From contig CAWIXE010000002.1 in the NCBI GenBank assembly GCA_963840035.1, positions 1,472,001 to 1,536,000 of the forward strand: a DNA stretch of 64,000 nucleotides, given 5' to 3'. The notes below the pieces were generated by a model. It saw only the letters and a list, made by a program, of their open reading frames with translations, did no database searches and was not told the DNA's origin. The stretch comes from a candidate division FCPU426 bacterium. Its GTDB lineage: Bacteria; Oederibacteriota; PGYV01; Palsa-1178. Below are positions 1 through 9,239 of this stretch, piece after piece (positions within the stretch are counted from its first letter, which is position 1; each line of letters starts with the position of its first letter). The translations under genes and the position numbers were made by a program.

Positions 1-935
1 CTAATGTCAGCAACAAGATTCCCCAGAAGCGTTAAAAAGGCAGCTATCGTCACGTCCCCCATAATAACCGGATAATCAAAACTCATTGCAGCTTCATAAG
101 CCAGCCTTCCCATGCCGGGCCATGCGAAGATGGTCTCAAATATGAAACTTCCTCCGATAAGTCCGGGAAGCGACAACCCTAAAAGCGTAATGACCGGCAG
201 TAACGAGTTCTTTAGGGCACTTTTGTATATAATCGTTTTTTCAGGCATGCCTTTCGCGTATGCTGCTGTTATGTATTGCTGCGACAGCGACTCGATCATG
301 CTTGATTTTACATACCTTGAGATATACGCCAGCCCGCCAAACGCGGTGATAAACAGCGGAAGCACCATGTGCCAGGCTATGTCCGCGGCCTGCTCAAACG
401 GGTTCATCATGTCAAAATTCATTGAAGTCATTCCTGATACCGGCAGTATCTGCCATTTGACGGCAAATGTCATCATGAGGATCAGGGCAAGCCAGAACCC
501 CGGCACAGAGTAACCTATGAAGGTTATAGTGGTCATTACCCTGTCATAGGCTGAATTGCGCTTTAAGGCGGAGGTAACGCCGATTACTATTCCGAATATG
601 AAAATAAGGACGAGGGCGGATATGTTAAGCAGCAGGGTCGCGGGAAGGCGCTCCGCGACTTTTTCCAGAACAGGCCTGTTGTCTATAAATGATTCCCCGA
701 AATCAAGTCGCACAAAACGCCATAGCCATCTTAAGTACTGCTCGTGCAGCGGCTTGTCAAGGCCGTACAGAACCTTTAATTTTTCCATGGAGTCCGGGTT
801 CACCTTCATGTTCATTTCCATATTAGCGCGGACAAACCCGCCGGGGGTAAGATGAATAATGGCAAAAGTAATTATGGTGATGCCCAGAAGCACCGGTATT
901 ATAAGCAACAGCCTTTTAAGGATGTACTTTTTCAC
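1..935 (-). CDS. oppB: Oligopeptide/dipeptide ABC transporter permease (OppB/DppB family), 3' end runs off the window
   Basis: Manual translation of the minus strand from GTG at 935 gives MKKYILKRLLLIIP... and ...FIFETIFAWPGMGRLAYEAAMSFDYPVIMG..., typical of OppB. Absent from the ORF track because it is truncated. Confidence 0.88.
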   Translation of the reverse strand, partial: MKKYILKRLLLIIPVLLGITIITFAIIHLTPGGFVRANMEMNMKVNPDSMEKLKVLYGLDKPLHEQYLRWLWRFVRLDFGESFIDNRPVLEKVAERLPATLLLNISALVLIFIFGIVIGVTSALKRNSAYDRVMTTITFIGYSVPGFWLALILMMTFAVKWQILPVSGMTSMNFDMMNPFEQAADIAWHMVLPLFITAFGGLAYISRYVKSSMIESLSQQYITAAYAKGMPEKTIIYKSALKNSLLPVITLLGLSLPGLIGGSFIFETIFAWPGMGRLAYEAAMSFDYPVIMGDVTIAAFLTLLGNLVADI

Positions 936-979
936 TTGTTATTCCTTTGCGTTAGTTAATTTTTTTCGTGATATCCGGC

Positions 980-1094
980 TGTCATTGCGAGGAGGCGTCC
1001 CTGTAGTTTGCCGACGAAGCAATCTCGTTTTAATCCTGACAAACAGCAAGATTGCTTCGTCGCCGCAAAACAAAAACGGCTCCTCGCAATGACA
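980..1094. repeat. 115-bp nested palindromic element (RPE-like), copy 1
   Basis: TGTCATTGCGAGGAG...CGACGAAGCAATCT...AGATTGCTTCGTCG...CTCCTCGCAATGACA; second copy at 15760-15874. Confidence 0.9.
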
Positions 1095-1123
1095 CACAAA
1101 TCCCAATCTTTCATTACAAAAAT

Positions 1124-1157
1124 AAAAAGCCCTCTCCCGAAAAGGAGAGGGCTTTTT
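1124..1157. terminator. Intrinsic terminator (bidirectional form) after the sugar ABC operon
   Basis: AAAAAGCCCTCTCC-cgaaaa-GGAGAGGGCTTTTT hairpin flanked by A/T tracts. Confidence 0.8.
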
Positions 1158-1184
1158 GCATATATTGTCTAAACCTTAATGTGA

Positions 1185-2420
1185 TTAACCTTTTAACCCT
1201 GTTGTCGCTACGCCTTCTATGAAGAACCTCTGTCCAAAGAAGAACGCGAGCAGTATGGGCAGCAGCACTATCGTGGAAGCCGCCATCATCAGATCATACG
1301 CCGTGCCGTACATGGTGGTAAATGTCTGCAGCCCCAGCGCGAGCGTGTAGTTTGAGGTGCTGTTTAAGTATATAAGCGGATTTAAGAAGTCATTCCAGTT
1401 ATATACGAACCCGAATATCGCAATCGATGCCATAGCCGGCTTAACCAGCGGGAGCAGGATCATCCAGAATATCTGGAAGTAGTTGCAGCCGTCAATCTTC
1501 GCGGCGTCATCGAGTTCGGTCGGTATGGTCATGAAAAACTGTCTCATTAAAAATATGTTAAACGCTCCGCCGCCGAAGAAACAAGGGACGATAAGCGGCG
1601 CGAAGGTGTCAATCCAACCCAGGTACTTGAAAAGCACAAAGGTGGGTATCATGGTAACCTGCGCCGGGATCATCATGGTGGATATCATCAGCAAAAAGTA
1701 CTGGTCCCTGCCCGGAAACTTGAACCTGGCAAAACCGTATGCCACAAAAGAACAGCTTAAAAGCACGCCGAATATGGCGGAGGCCGTGATTATAACCGTA
1801 TTCATAAGATACTTTGTAAATGTCTCGTCAAGCGCTTTGGGAGCCCATGCTTTGGGGTAGTTGGACCACTGCGGATTTACATCCGCCAGCTTCTGCCCGA
1901 TTTTTGCCTCATCCCCGTCTTTTACGACGATCTTGGTATCCTGTGAAACAGTGTATTCTTTTATTACCACGCCTTTTGTGTCTGTTATCCTGATAAGCTT
2001 TGAAAGGTCCATATTCTCAATAATCTTAACTTTGCCGCTGCCCGGAAGGGTCGCGATGATATCGCCTTTTTTAACCTTATCTTTATTTTTTACCCTCAAT
2101 GTGGCGTATGGCGGGATTACCTGGCTAAATGAACCCAGCTGTATCCTTTTGGTGCCGTCATCGTCTTTTTCTATCTTTATTTTCCCGTCAAACTTTGCCG
2201 CTATCTGCGGTTCATAAGTCAGGTATACCTTTGAATACGGAAGCCACTTTGGCGGCATCGTAAATATCTGGTCCGGCGCCTTAAGCGACGTGGAAATCAT
2301 CCAGACAAGCGGAATCACAAACACAAGCGCGCCTGCCCAGGCTATAATATACAGCATCCAGCTTACCAAATGCGACTGCAGCTTCTGGCTTGCCCAAAAT
2401 CCCAAATCTTTTTTAGCCAT
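1185..2420 (-). CDS. Carbohydrate ABC transporter permease (MalG-type) with a ~120-aa extracytoplasmic insert
   Basis: EAA-loop variant ELDDAAKIDG, WNDFLNPLIYL, FFIEGVATTGLKG C-terminus; insert at about aa 63-181. Confidence 0.92.
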   Translation of the reverse strand: MAKKDLGFWASQKLQSHLVSWMLYIIAWAGALVFVIPLVWMISTSLKAPDQIFTMPPKWLPYSKVYLTYEPQIAAKFDGKIKIEKDDDGTKRIQLGSFSQVIPPYATLRVKNKDKVKKGDIIATLPGSGKVKIIENMDLSKLIRITDTKGVVIKEYTVSQDTKIVVKDGDEAKIGQKLADVNPQWSNYPKAWAPKALDETFTKYLMNTVIITASAIFGVLLSCSFVAYGFARFKFPGRDQYFLLMISTMMIPAQVTMIPTFVLFKYLGWIDTFAPLIVPCFFGGGAFNIFLMRQFFMTIPTELDDAAKIDGCNYFQIFWMILLPLVKPAMASIAIFGFVYNWNDFLNPLIYLNSTSNYTLALGLQTFTTMYGTAYDLMMAASTIVLLPILLAFFFGQRFFIEGVATTGLKG

Positions 2421-2453
2421 ATTAAAAACCTCCGGATTAATTATTATATTTTT

Positions 2454-2486
2454 TATTGGTCATTAGTAATTGGTAATTAGTAATTA
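2454..2486. repeat. 7-bp-period array (ATTGGTC/ATTAGTA/ATTGGTA) abutting a stop codon
   Basis: TATTGGTCATTAGTAATTGGTAATTAGTAATTA, identical to 63568-63600. Confidence 0.85.
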
Positions 2487-3407
2487 TTTCTTAAGTTCTC
2501 CCTCGTAGTGAACCCATCCGCCCGCCACTTTAAACTGCAGGAGTGTGAATACCAGGATGATTATGAAAAGCATCCATGCGATAGCCGAGGCATATCCCAT
2601 GTTGTGGAATTTGAAAGCCTGCTGGTATATGTAAAGCACCATAACCAGGGTTGAATCCGAAGGTCCTCCCTGTCCGCCGGTCATAACGTAAACCTGCGTG
2701 AATATCTGGAAGGACCAGACTATCGACATAATAAGATTGAAGAATATGACCGGGGTTAACATCGGTATGGTCACGTGCCAGAACTTCTGCATCATACCCG
2801 CGCCGTCTATCTCGGCAGCCTCGTAAAGCTGCCTTGGTATACCCTGAAGCCCGGCTAAGTAAACTATCATGTTTCCGCCGACTCCCCAGAGGCTCATAAT
2901 CACAAGAGCGGGTTTTGCCCACACTTCATCGGCCATCCACTTCGGTCCTGCAATTCCAAGCATTGAAAGCCCGTAGTTAATAAGTCCGAAGTCCGGATTT
3001 AAAAGCCACATCCAGATAATCGCTGAAGCAACACCGGCCGTAACTGACGGCAGGTAGTATATGGTGCGCAAAAGACTCACAGTCTTCCACTTCTGGTTCA
3101 TAAGCATGGCCACCAGTACGGAACCCACGATAGCGAGCGGTACTGAGAAGACCGTGTAATAGAATGTGTTAAAAAGGCTGGCCAAGAACCTGGTATCGCC
3201 GAACATGTGTATAAAATTGCCGAAAGCGACAAACTTCGGCGGTGTAATAAGGTCCCAGTCGCAGAACGCGAGTATAAGCGACGCGATAATCGGGCCTCCC
3301 GTAAAGAATATCATTCCAAGAATCCACGGCATTAAGAACACATAGCCGAAAACCGATTCCTGGGTGGACATTTTCATCCTGCTTTTTTTAATTTGGTTTT
3401 CCATCAC
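2484..3407 (-). CDS. Carbohydrate ABC transporter permease (MalF/UgpA-type)
   Basis: YLAGLQGIPRQLYEAAEIDGAG EAA motif; six predicted TM segments. Confidence 0.93.
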   Translation of the reverse strand: MMENQIKKSRMKMSTQESVFGYVFLMPWILGMIFFTGGPIIASLILAFCDWDLITPPKFVAFGNFIHMFGDTRFLASLFNTFYYTVFSVPLAIVGSVLVAMLMNQKWKTVSLLRTIYYLPSVTAGVASAIIWMWLLNPDFGLINYGLSMLGIAGPKWMADEVWAKPALVIMSLWGVGGNMIVYLAGLQGIPRQLYEAAEIDGAGMMQKFWHVTIPMLTPVIFFNLIMSIVWSFQIFTQVYVMTGGQGGPSDSTLVMVLYIYQQAFKFHNMGYASAIAWMLFIIILVFTLLQFKVAGGWVHYEGELKK

Positions 3408-3480
3408 GTTCCTCCGGATTTTTTTGTTTACCCGCCGGCCTTTAACCTGCTTTTAGCGGGCCCGTGTTTCTGTGTTTATT

Positions 3481-3561
3481 TGTAGGGGGCGCGTCTTGCG
3501 CGCCCTTGCGTATGATTCCGTTTGTTCAGGGCGGCCGCGTTAAAGGCGCGGCCGCCCTGTA
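3481..3561. repeat. GTAG-type REP hairpin plus a second GC-rich hairpin
   Basis: TGTAGGGGGCGCG-tcttg-CGCGCCC, and CAGGGCGGCCGCG-ttaaagg-CGCGGCCGCCCTG. Confidence 0.75.
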
Positions 3562-3574
3562 TGTGGGTCAATGG

Positions 3575-4879
3575 TTACTTTGCTTCTCCGCTGAAAAAGT
3601 TCTCGTTAATTTCAGGGGCAAGTTTCTTCATAACATCTTTCGCCTTGTCCTTGCCGTTCCATACCCTGTCTAAAGCCGGCGCTATCATGGAAACGTTGAT
3701 CTCTTCCCATTCCGGCATAAGCGGCATGAACTTCACGTACTTTACCGCTGTCAAAAGCAGGTCTTTGTGTTTCGGGGCTTTTCCGTCCAGGAACGCCTTT
3801 GATTCGGCGATCTTCTTCATGGCCGGCTGCGCGAGCCCTGTTTCCGCGAGCATTTTCTGTCCTTCTGCTCCGGCTAAATATGTAACAAGCTTCCATGCCG
3901 CTTCTTTCTGTTTTGATTTGTTCACAACTGCGTATCCTGAACCGCCGGTTAAGTATGCTTTTTCTCCGGTCTTGCTTACCGGGAACGTGACAACATCCCA
4001 GTCAAAATTCTTTATCTGCGCCCTGAAAAGCGGCGTCTTCCAGATGCCCGAGAAGAACATCGCGACCCTCTCGGATACGAACATATCAGCGGTACCCATG
4101 CCGCCCATGGCGGTCATCTGCGAGGGTGACGGTGTCACTCCCCACTTATTGATAAGATCTGACCTGAACTGGATGGCTTCGTATACGGCCTTTTTATCCA
4201 TGATGCATTTCTTCGGGTTCTTTACGTTGTCGACCATACCGCCGCCGTTGGAGAATACAAACTGCTCCCAGATGGGCCAGTCATCCACGTAGCCGTACTG
4301 TGTCGTCATTTTATTAGCGTCTTTTAAGGTAAGTCTTTTTGCGGTCTTTAAAAAATCATCCCATGTCCAGCTGTCTTTCGGGTATTTTAAGCCGGCATTA
4401 TCAAACATTTTCTTGTTGTAATAAATGGTGCAGATAGGCGCTATGTCGCGCGGAAGCACATAAAGCTTCCCGTCAACTGTAAACCTGTCCACTATCTTTT
4501 CATAGAAATCAGAGATTTTAAACGAGGTTTCTTTTTCGAGATATGGCGTTAAATCTTCGAGCACGCCTTTCTGGGCGAATTCCTTAAAGTTGTTTACTTC
4601 GATAAACAGGACGTCAGGCGCGCTTCCGCCCGCAAACTGCGTGAGGACTTTTTCCATGTAAGGCGGGCCGGACGGCGCTCTTTCAGCCTTTACCTTAAAG
4701 CCGGTCTCTTTTTCGAACTTGCCTACCATTGTTTTGATGATTTCAATCTCGCTGGGGTCTCCCCAGTACATAAACCTGAGTTCTTTGCCTCCGAGGATCG
4801 ATGCTGCGTTACATCCGGTGAGAATTACCAGTGCCAAAGTCACGAAAACTGCCAATAAAATTAGAAAACCCTTTCTCAT
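3575..4879 (-). CDS. Sugar ABC transporter substrate-binding lipoprotein
   Basis: Lipobox LTGC; SBP_bac_1-like motifs (APDVL, YYNKKMFDNAGL, AAWKLVTYL). Confidence 0.92.
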   Translation of the reverse strand: MRKGFLILLAVFVTLALVILTGCNAASILGGKELRFMYWGDPSEIEIIKTMVGKFEKETGFKVKAERAPSGPPYMEKVLTQFAGGSAPDVLFIEVNNFKEFAQKGVLEDLTPYLEKETSFKISDFYEKIVDRFTVDGKLYVLPRDIAPICTIYYNKKMFDNAGLKYPKDSWTWDDFLKTAKRLTLKDANKMTTQYGYVDDWPIWEQFVFSNGGGMVDNVKNPKKCIMDKKAVYEAIQFRSDLINKWGVTPSPSQMTAMGGMGTADMFVSERVAMFFSGIWKTPLFRAQIKNFDWDVVTFPVSKTGEKAYLTGGSGYAVVNKSKQKEAAWKLVTYLAGAEGQKMLAETGLAQPAMKKIAESKAFLDGKAPKHKDLLLTAVKYVKFMPLMPEWEEINVSMIAPALDRVWNGKDKAKDVMKKLAPEINENFFSGEAK

Positions 4880-4910
4880 GCTTCCCTCCTCAAAATAATT
4901 TCAAAAAATT

Positions 4911-4955
4911 AGGAACATTGTTCTATTATTTTACCTTTTTGGCATGAAAAGTCAA
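4911..4955 (-). promoter_or_regulatory. Putative sigma70 promoter (TTGACT-16-TAAAAT) with palindrome GAACA-N-TGTTC near the start site
   Basis: -35 at 4950-4955, -10 at 4928-4933, inverted repeat at 4913-4923. Confidence 0.5.
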
Positions 4956-4977
4956 GGGGGTTTTAGAAAGAAAAGGC

Positions 4978-5131
4978 ATTTTCAATTTTATATTTTCAAT
5001 TTTGAATTAAATGCCTTAAAACACAAACAATTTACGACATTTCAATCCATATAAGAAACGGGCGCATATAATGCGCCCGCTACAAAAGCCTTTGTTTTCA
5101 ATCGAAAATTGAAAATTTCAAATTGAAAATT
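4978..5131. repeat. Inverted pair of 7-bp arrays (TTTTCAA / TTGAAAA) enclosing a GTAG REP at 5059-5084
   Basis: Left arm 4978-5008, right arm 5100-5131; internal CGGGCGCAT-ata-ATGCGCCCG-CTACA. Confidence 0.75.
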
Positions 5132-5823
5132 TATTTTCCGTTCGTATCCGACTTTACCCTTCCGTCCTCAAGCACCACGGTCCTTTTTGCCTCTTCCATG
5201 ACCCTGGGGTCGTGGGTTGAGAATACAAAAGTAACACCGTGTTCCTCATTTAAATGCTTCATTATCTCCATTATATTGCGGCCGTTCTCCTTATCAAGGT
5301 TTGCGGTAGGCTCGTCCGCGAGTATCAGCTTTGGGTTTGTAATAAGCGCCCTTGCCACGGCGATCCTCTGCCTCTGGCCTCCGGAGAGTTCGTCGGGCTT
5401 GTGTTTTACAAATTCCCTTAATCCCACATCGTCAATAATCTCATCCACCATTTTTTTGCGCTCCGCGGCCGGCCTGTTCTGTATTACAAGCGGAAACTCT
5501 ATATTTTCGTAAACGTTCAGCACGGGTATCAGATTGAATGTCTGGAAGATAAACCCTATGTTATCGCGCCTGAGCACTGTTGCCTGGCTGTCATTGAGTT
5601 TCGAAACGTCATATTTGTCGAAAAGGCGCACCTCTCCCGATGTCGGCGCGTCCAGGCAGCCCACGAGGTTTAAAAGTGTCGTCTTGCCCGAGCCCGAAGG
5701 CCCGATAATGCACATGAAATCTTTTTCCTTAATCTCAAGGTCTACCCCCTGAAGGGCGTGAACCTTTGTCTTGCCCAGGGTGTATTCCTTTTTTACGTTT
5801 TCAATTTTTACGACGTTTGCCAT
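5131..5823 (-). CDS. ABC transporter ATP-binding protein (LolD/MacB family)
   Basis: Walker A GPSGSGKT, LSGGQRQR signature, ILADEPTANLD, STHD. Confidence 0.95.
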   Translation of the reverse strand: MANVVKIENVKKEYTLGKTKVHALQGVDLEIKEKDFMCIIGPSGSGKTTLLNLVGCLDAPTSGEVRLFDKYDVSKLNDSQATVLRRDNIGFIFQTFNLIPVLNVYENIEFPLVIQNRPAAERKKMVDEIIDDVGLREFVKHKPDELSGGQRQRIAVARALITNPKLILADEPTANLDKENGRNIMEIMKHLNEEHGVTFVFSTHDPRVMEEAKRTVVLEDGRVKSDTNGK

Positions 5824-5902
5824 GATAATACCTCCTATATTAAAGTTCCATCTTCCATTTCCCTCTCCCTCTTAGGGAGGGGGTCAGTGGTGAGGGTGCA
5901 GT

Positions 5903-7000
5903 CTAAAAGTACGCGTTAATCCTTAGCTCTACCGTGTTATAAATATTAAAGGAATACGTCCCTTCATTTATGCCAACGCGCGTTAAATTTTCAAGCAGCG
6001 CGAGCTGTATGTCGTAATTCTGGTTCTCGACATAACTTACGGATGGAAATATTAAAGTCGTCCCGTCATCCAGGCCATGCAATCCTGTTATGCCGAACCC
6101 GAACTTCTGGTCTAAAACATAATTGACAGTATATGCCAGGTAATCCACCTTTGAAAGTCCGTGCGCGAAACCCAGCGTCCTTATCTGCGTCTCAAATGTG
6201 TCATTGCCTGACCCGTTATTATTTCTGTAGAATTCAATTACGGCGGAAAGCTCGTCAGAAATCATTTTGGACAACCCTATGGAATAGCTGTCGCTGTAAT
6301 CCCTGTCCCCGAAAACGTAATGAGTGCCCGCCTCTACCTGTTTCATGTCGTATTCGGCGTTAACTACGGCAAAACCGGCGTCCCATGATATGGCCGCGCC
6401 AAATGATTGCGCTCCGGGCTTATAAATGTAATTGGCATAAACATCGCATGTGCCTATCATTTTATATAGCTGAACCGCGCCGTCAAAACTTCCGTATATT
6501 CCGCCATATCCGAAAGCTCCTGTAGGAAGGATTATCAATGATGACGTAACAATATCGCTCGAATACTCGGCGCGCAGGGCAAAAACGCCTTCCAGGTCTT
6601 CCGTTGTCCTGAAGAGGTTTTTAGCCGGCTGCAGATTATCTGACGGATTCCAAAAATAACCTGTCCCCCACTTTATCCTCTGTTTTCCCGCGTAAACCAC
6701 AAACGGCCCGTTCGCGATAGTAACGTACGCGCTGTCAATATTGTAATCAAGCGACGTGGTATCCGGATAAAGATAAAACCTTCCGTCAAAATTCAGCGTG
6801 ACCTGTTCCATTGCCTGCTTTGCCTTAAGCCGTATCTTCTCATAGGAATTAACAGCCTTAAGCGTGCCGGGGTGAAAATACGGCAGACTTTTGATAAAGT
6901 TCGCGTAACTGACATCAGTGACCGAATCCACGTTTATGTCCATGGCGTAAGTTATTGTTGCAGACATTAAAATTGTCGCGATCAATAAAAACTTCTTCAT
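5903..7000 (-). CDS. Probable outer-membrane beta-barrel protein associated with the MacB/LolE cluster
   Basis: Signal peptide MKKFLLIA (start moved to ATG 7000); GKQRIKWG-WNPSD motif; C-terminal aromatic ..INAYF. Confidence 0.7.
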   Translation of the reverse strand: MKKFLLIATILMSATITYAMDINVDSVTDVSYANFIKSLPYFHPGTLKAVNSYEKIRLKAKQAMEQVTLNFDGRFYLYPDTTSLDYNIDSAYVTIANGPFVVYAGKQRIKWGTGYFWNPSDNLQPAKNLFRTTEDLEGVFALRAEYSSDIVTSSLIILPTGAFGYGGIYGSFDGAVQLYKMIGTCDVYANYIYKPGAQSFGAAISWDAGFAVVNAEYDMKQVEAGTHYVFGDRDYSDSYSIGLSKMISDELSAVIEFYRNNNGSGNDTFETQIRTLGFAHGLSKVDYLAYTVNYVLDQKFGFGITGLHGLDDGTTLIFPSVSYVENQNYDIQLALLENLTRVGINEGTYSFNIYNTVELRINAYF

Positions 7001-7035
7001 TTTTTGCCTCGCTATCCGAATTAATATCCTGCTTT

Positions 7036-7139
7036 CGAACCGCCACACACTTTCGCTGAAGCTTCAGCGTGCAAGCACGGGGCGGCCCCTACAGGGTTGT
7101 ATTTAATTCAAAATCCAAAATCCGGAATTCAGAATCCGC
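7036..7139. repeat. REP (..GGGGCGGCCCCTACA) with an inserted CGCTGAAGCTTCAGCG palindrome, followed by a 7-bp array AATCCRR (7105-7139)
   Basis: Read directly from the sequence; the array abuts the stop of the LolA-like gene. Confidence 0.65.
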
Positions 7140-7140
7140 C

Positions 7141-7881
7141 TTACCTTCCCATCTGCGTCGGGTCAAACGTATGGTCAGGAAGGCTTTCCAGCGCATCCAT
7201 ACTTTTAAGCTCAACTTCGGTATATGACCCGGCTTCCAGAAGGTCTTCCATCTTCATTACCGTCGGCCTTGTCAATCCGCCAAGCGGCGCTATCTTTGAC
7301 ATTATCATTTTCTTTATGGCTTTTCCCGATAAACCGTAATATGTCATTTCCGTTGGTATCTTTGTCGTATCGTCAAGCCACATGGTAATCCTCGCGTACG
7401 CGACATCCTTCTTTTTCGCCTTCAAATCTATGAGTATCAGTGTGCCTTTCTGATCGGTAATTGAGGCTGAATAATTGTCTTCCCAGCCTGATTCTGCCAG
7501 GTCCTCATTGGAGAAGGTCGAACCCATAAAACTCTGCTTTGCAGTCAGCCTGATGGGCCTTGAAATGTCAGGCATGTACATCCACAGGTTGTCACCGCTC
7601 ATGAGGATCTTCTTGCCTTTGTCCCTTGCAGGATACGTTATTTTCATAAGCGACTTGTCAGTACCTTTGGACAAAATTTCAAAGGTATTTGACAGCGGCT
7701 TTCTGCCCGCCCTGATAGTAGTCATGGTCATGGTGGACTTATATACTTCAGGATACAGGCTCTTATCCACGGTCTTAAGCAGCCCTTCGGCGTATTCCTT
7801 GGTATACTTGGCGTCAAGTGCGAACAAAGAAACTCCGGTTGCTATTATCAAAGCCATAACTAATAACGCTGTCTTTTTCAT
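7141..7881 (-). CDS. Outer-membrane lipoprotein-sorting protein (LolA-like)
   Basis: Signal peptide; LWMYMP..RPIRL..KQSFMGSTFSNEDL motif of the LolA_like family. Confidence 0.88.
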   Translation of the reverse strand: MKKTALLVMALIIATGVSLFALDAKYTKEYAEGLLKTVDKSLYPEVYKSTMTMTTIRAGRKPLSNTFEILSKGTDKSLMKITYPARDKGKKILMSGDNLWMYMPDISRPIRLTAKQSFMGSTFSNEDLAESGWEDNYSASITDQKGTLILIDLKAKKKDVAYARITMWLDDTTKIPTEMTYYGLSGKAIKKMIMSKIAPLGGLTRPTVMKMEDLLEAGSYTEVELKSMDALESLPDHTFDPTQMGR

Positions 7882-7991
7882 AATTCACACTCCTTTGCGT
7901 ATTGAGCCCAAAGCTCAAGTTGTTTTAAATCCTTATCCCTGCCTTGCCCGTTTTTCCCTGGGCTATGGGCTTTGGGCTATTATTCCCTTTC

Positions 7992-9239
7992 CTACCTTAC
8001 ACCCCTCTGTAACGACTTCACTATGTTCATCTCGGAAGCCAGCTTCGCCGGGAAGTACGCTCCGCACAGACCTGCGGCAAGACATATCAGTGCTGATATC
8101 ACCCAGTCAGAAAATGTATTTACCGACTTTAAAACCTCAGACATCGGCAGGTTGTTCGTGGATGCCGACTTCATCATGTCCAGGATTAATCCGTGGACAT
8201 TTAAATAATAAACCAGCGGGCCGGATAATATCCATCCCAGTAATACGCCGAATACAGCCAGGAGCATGCCTTCCACAAGGTACATCCACATGATGGATCT
8301 CTTGTCAAAACCCATGGCGCGCAGCGTCCCTATTTCCGCTGTCCGTTCAAGTACTGACATGGTCATGGTATTGACAACTATAAAGAATGAGAGGAATAGG
8401 AATATCATCACAAACACCGAGAAACTTCCCATCTTCGCCTTTGCCAGCTCAAAAAGGTCGGCGTTCTCCTCTTTCCAGTCCATAACAACGAGCGCCGGGA
8501 ACCGCTTTTCAACAATAGCTTTTATATATTTTTTTGCCTGGTCTGTGTTGGAGGTCTTATCAAGCCTTATTATTATTTCCGTGGCTTTATTATCCATGTC
8601 CAGCAGCCTTGCCGCGAATTTATACGGTATATATACATTCAATTTCTCCATTGCTTCAAAACCCACCGAATATATTCCCGATACATTTACATCGTCAAGG
8701 TTGTTCATGTTCCCTACGGTCTGGGAGAACAGCAGCGCGGATGAGCCTTCCTTGAGTTCAAGCATTTCCGCAAGTTTTCCGCCTATCATAACGGAAGCGC
8801 CGTTTTGAGGAAGGCCGCTTCCTTTTATGCTGTTATACGCAGTAAGTATCTTTTTTTCTTTTTCCATGTCTATCCCGTGGATCAGGACACCGTATTTTTT
8901 CTTTGAGTTTGAAATAATTCCGTCATGTATCAGCCTCGGGGACGCAGCTACAAGGTGCGGGGTGTCTTTTATGGCCGCGATTACAGCCTCCGGATTATCT
9001 ATGGACATATCCAGCGGCAGTGTTGTTTTCAGCGCCGGATACTGCTTATTGTATATTTTTATATGGCCGGTCCTTAAGTCTATCAGCCTCTCGTAAAGCG
9101 CGTCAAACTGCCCCTTTACCATGCCGAACCCTAAAAGCATCATGAATACTGAGACTGCAAATGAAAGCATGTTAAGCGTGGACCTGCGCTTGTTCTTTAC
9201 AACATTGCGTAAAGCTATGCCGAATATTTGGGTGTTCAT
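7992..9239 (-). CDS. ABC transporter permease, MacB/FtsX/LolE family (type B, copy 2)
   Basis: RNVVKNKRRS N-terminus, large periplasmic domain, SVLERTAEIGTLRAMG. Confidence 0.92.
   Translation of the reverse strand: MNTQIFGIALRNVVKNKRRSTLNMLSFAVSVFMMLLGFGMVKGQFDALYERLIDLRTGHIKIYNKQYPALKTTLPLDMSIDNPEAVIAAIKDTPHLVAASPRLIHDGIISNSKKKYGVLIHGIDMEKEKKILTAYNSIKGSGLPQNGASVMIGGKLAEMLELKEGSSALLFSQTVGNMNNLDDVNVSGIYSVGFEAMEKLNVYIPYKFAARLLDMDNKATEIIIRLDKTSNTDQAKKYIKAIVEKRFPALVVMDWKEENADLFELAKAKMGSFSVFVMIFLFLSFFIVVNTMTMSVLERTAEIGTLRAMGFDKRSIMWMYLVEGMLLAVFGVLLGWILSGPLVYYLNVHGLILDMMKSASTNNLPMSEVLKSVNTFSDWVISALICLAAGLCGAYFPAKLASEMNIVKSLQRGVR

Noticed and set aside
112..1092. Plus-strand ORFs 112-513, 556-855 and 859-1092
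   Set aside because: Antisense to oppB or running through the palindromic repeat; no protein-like features.
4913..4923. Firmicute-type LexA box
   Set aside because: The spacing is GAAC-N3-GTTC rather than N4, and the downstream genes are sugar transporters.
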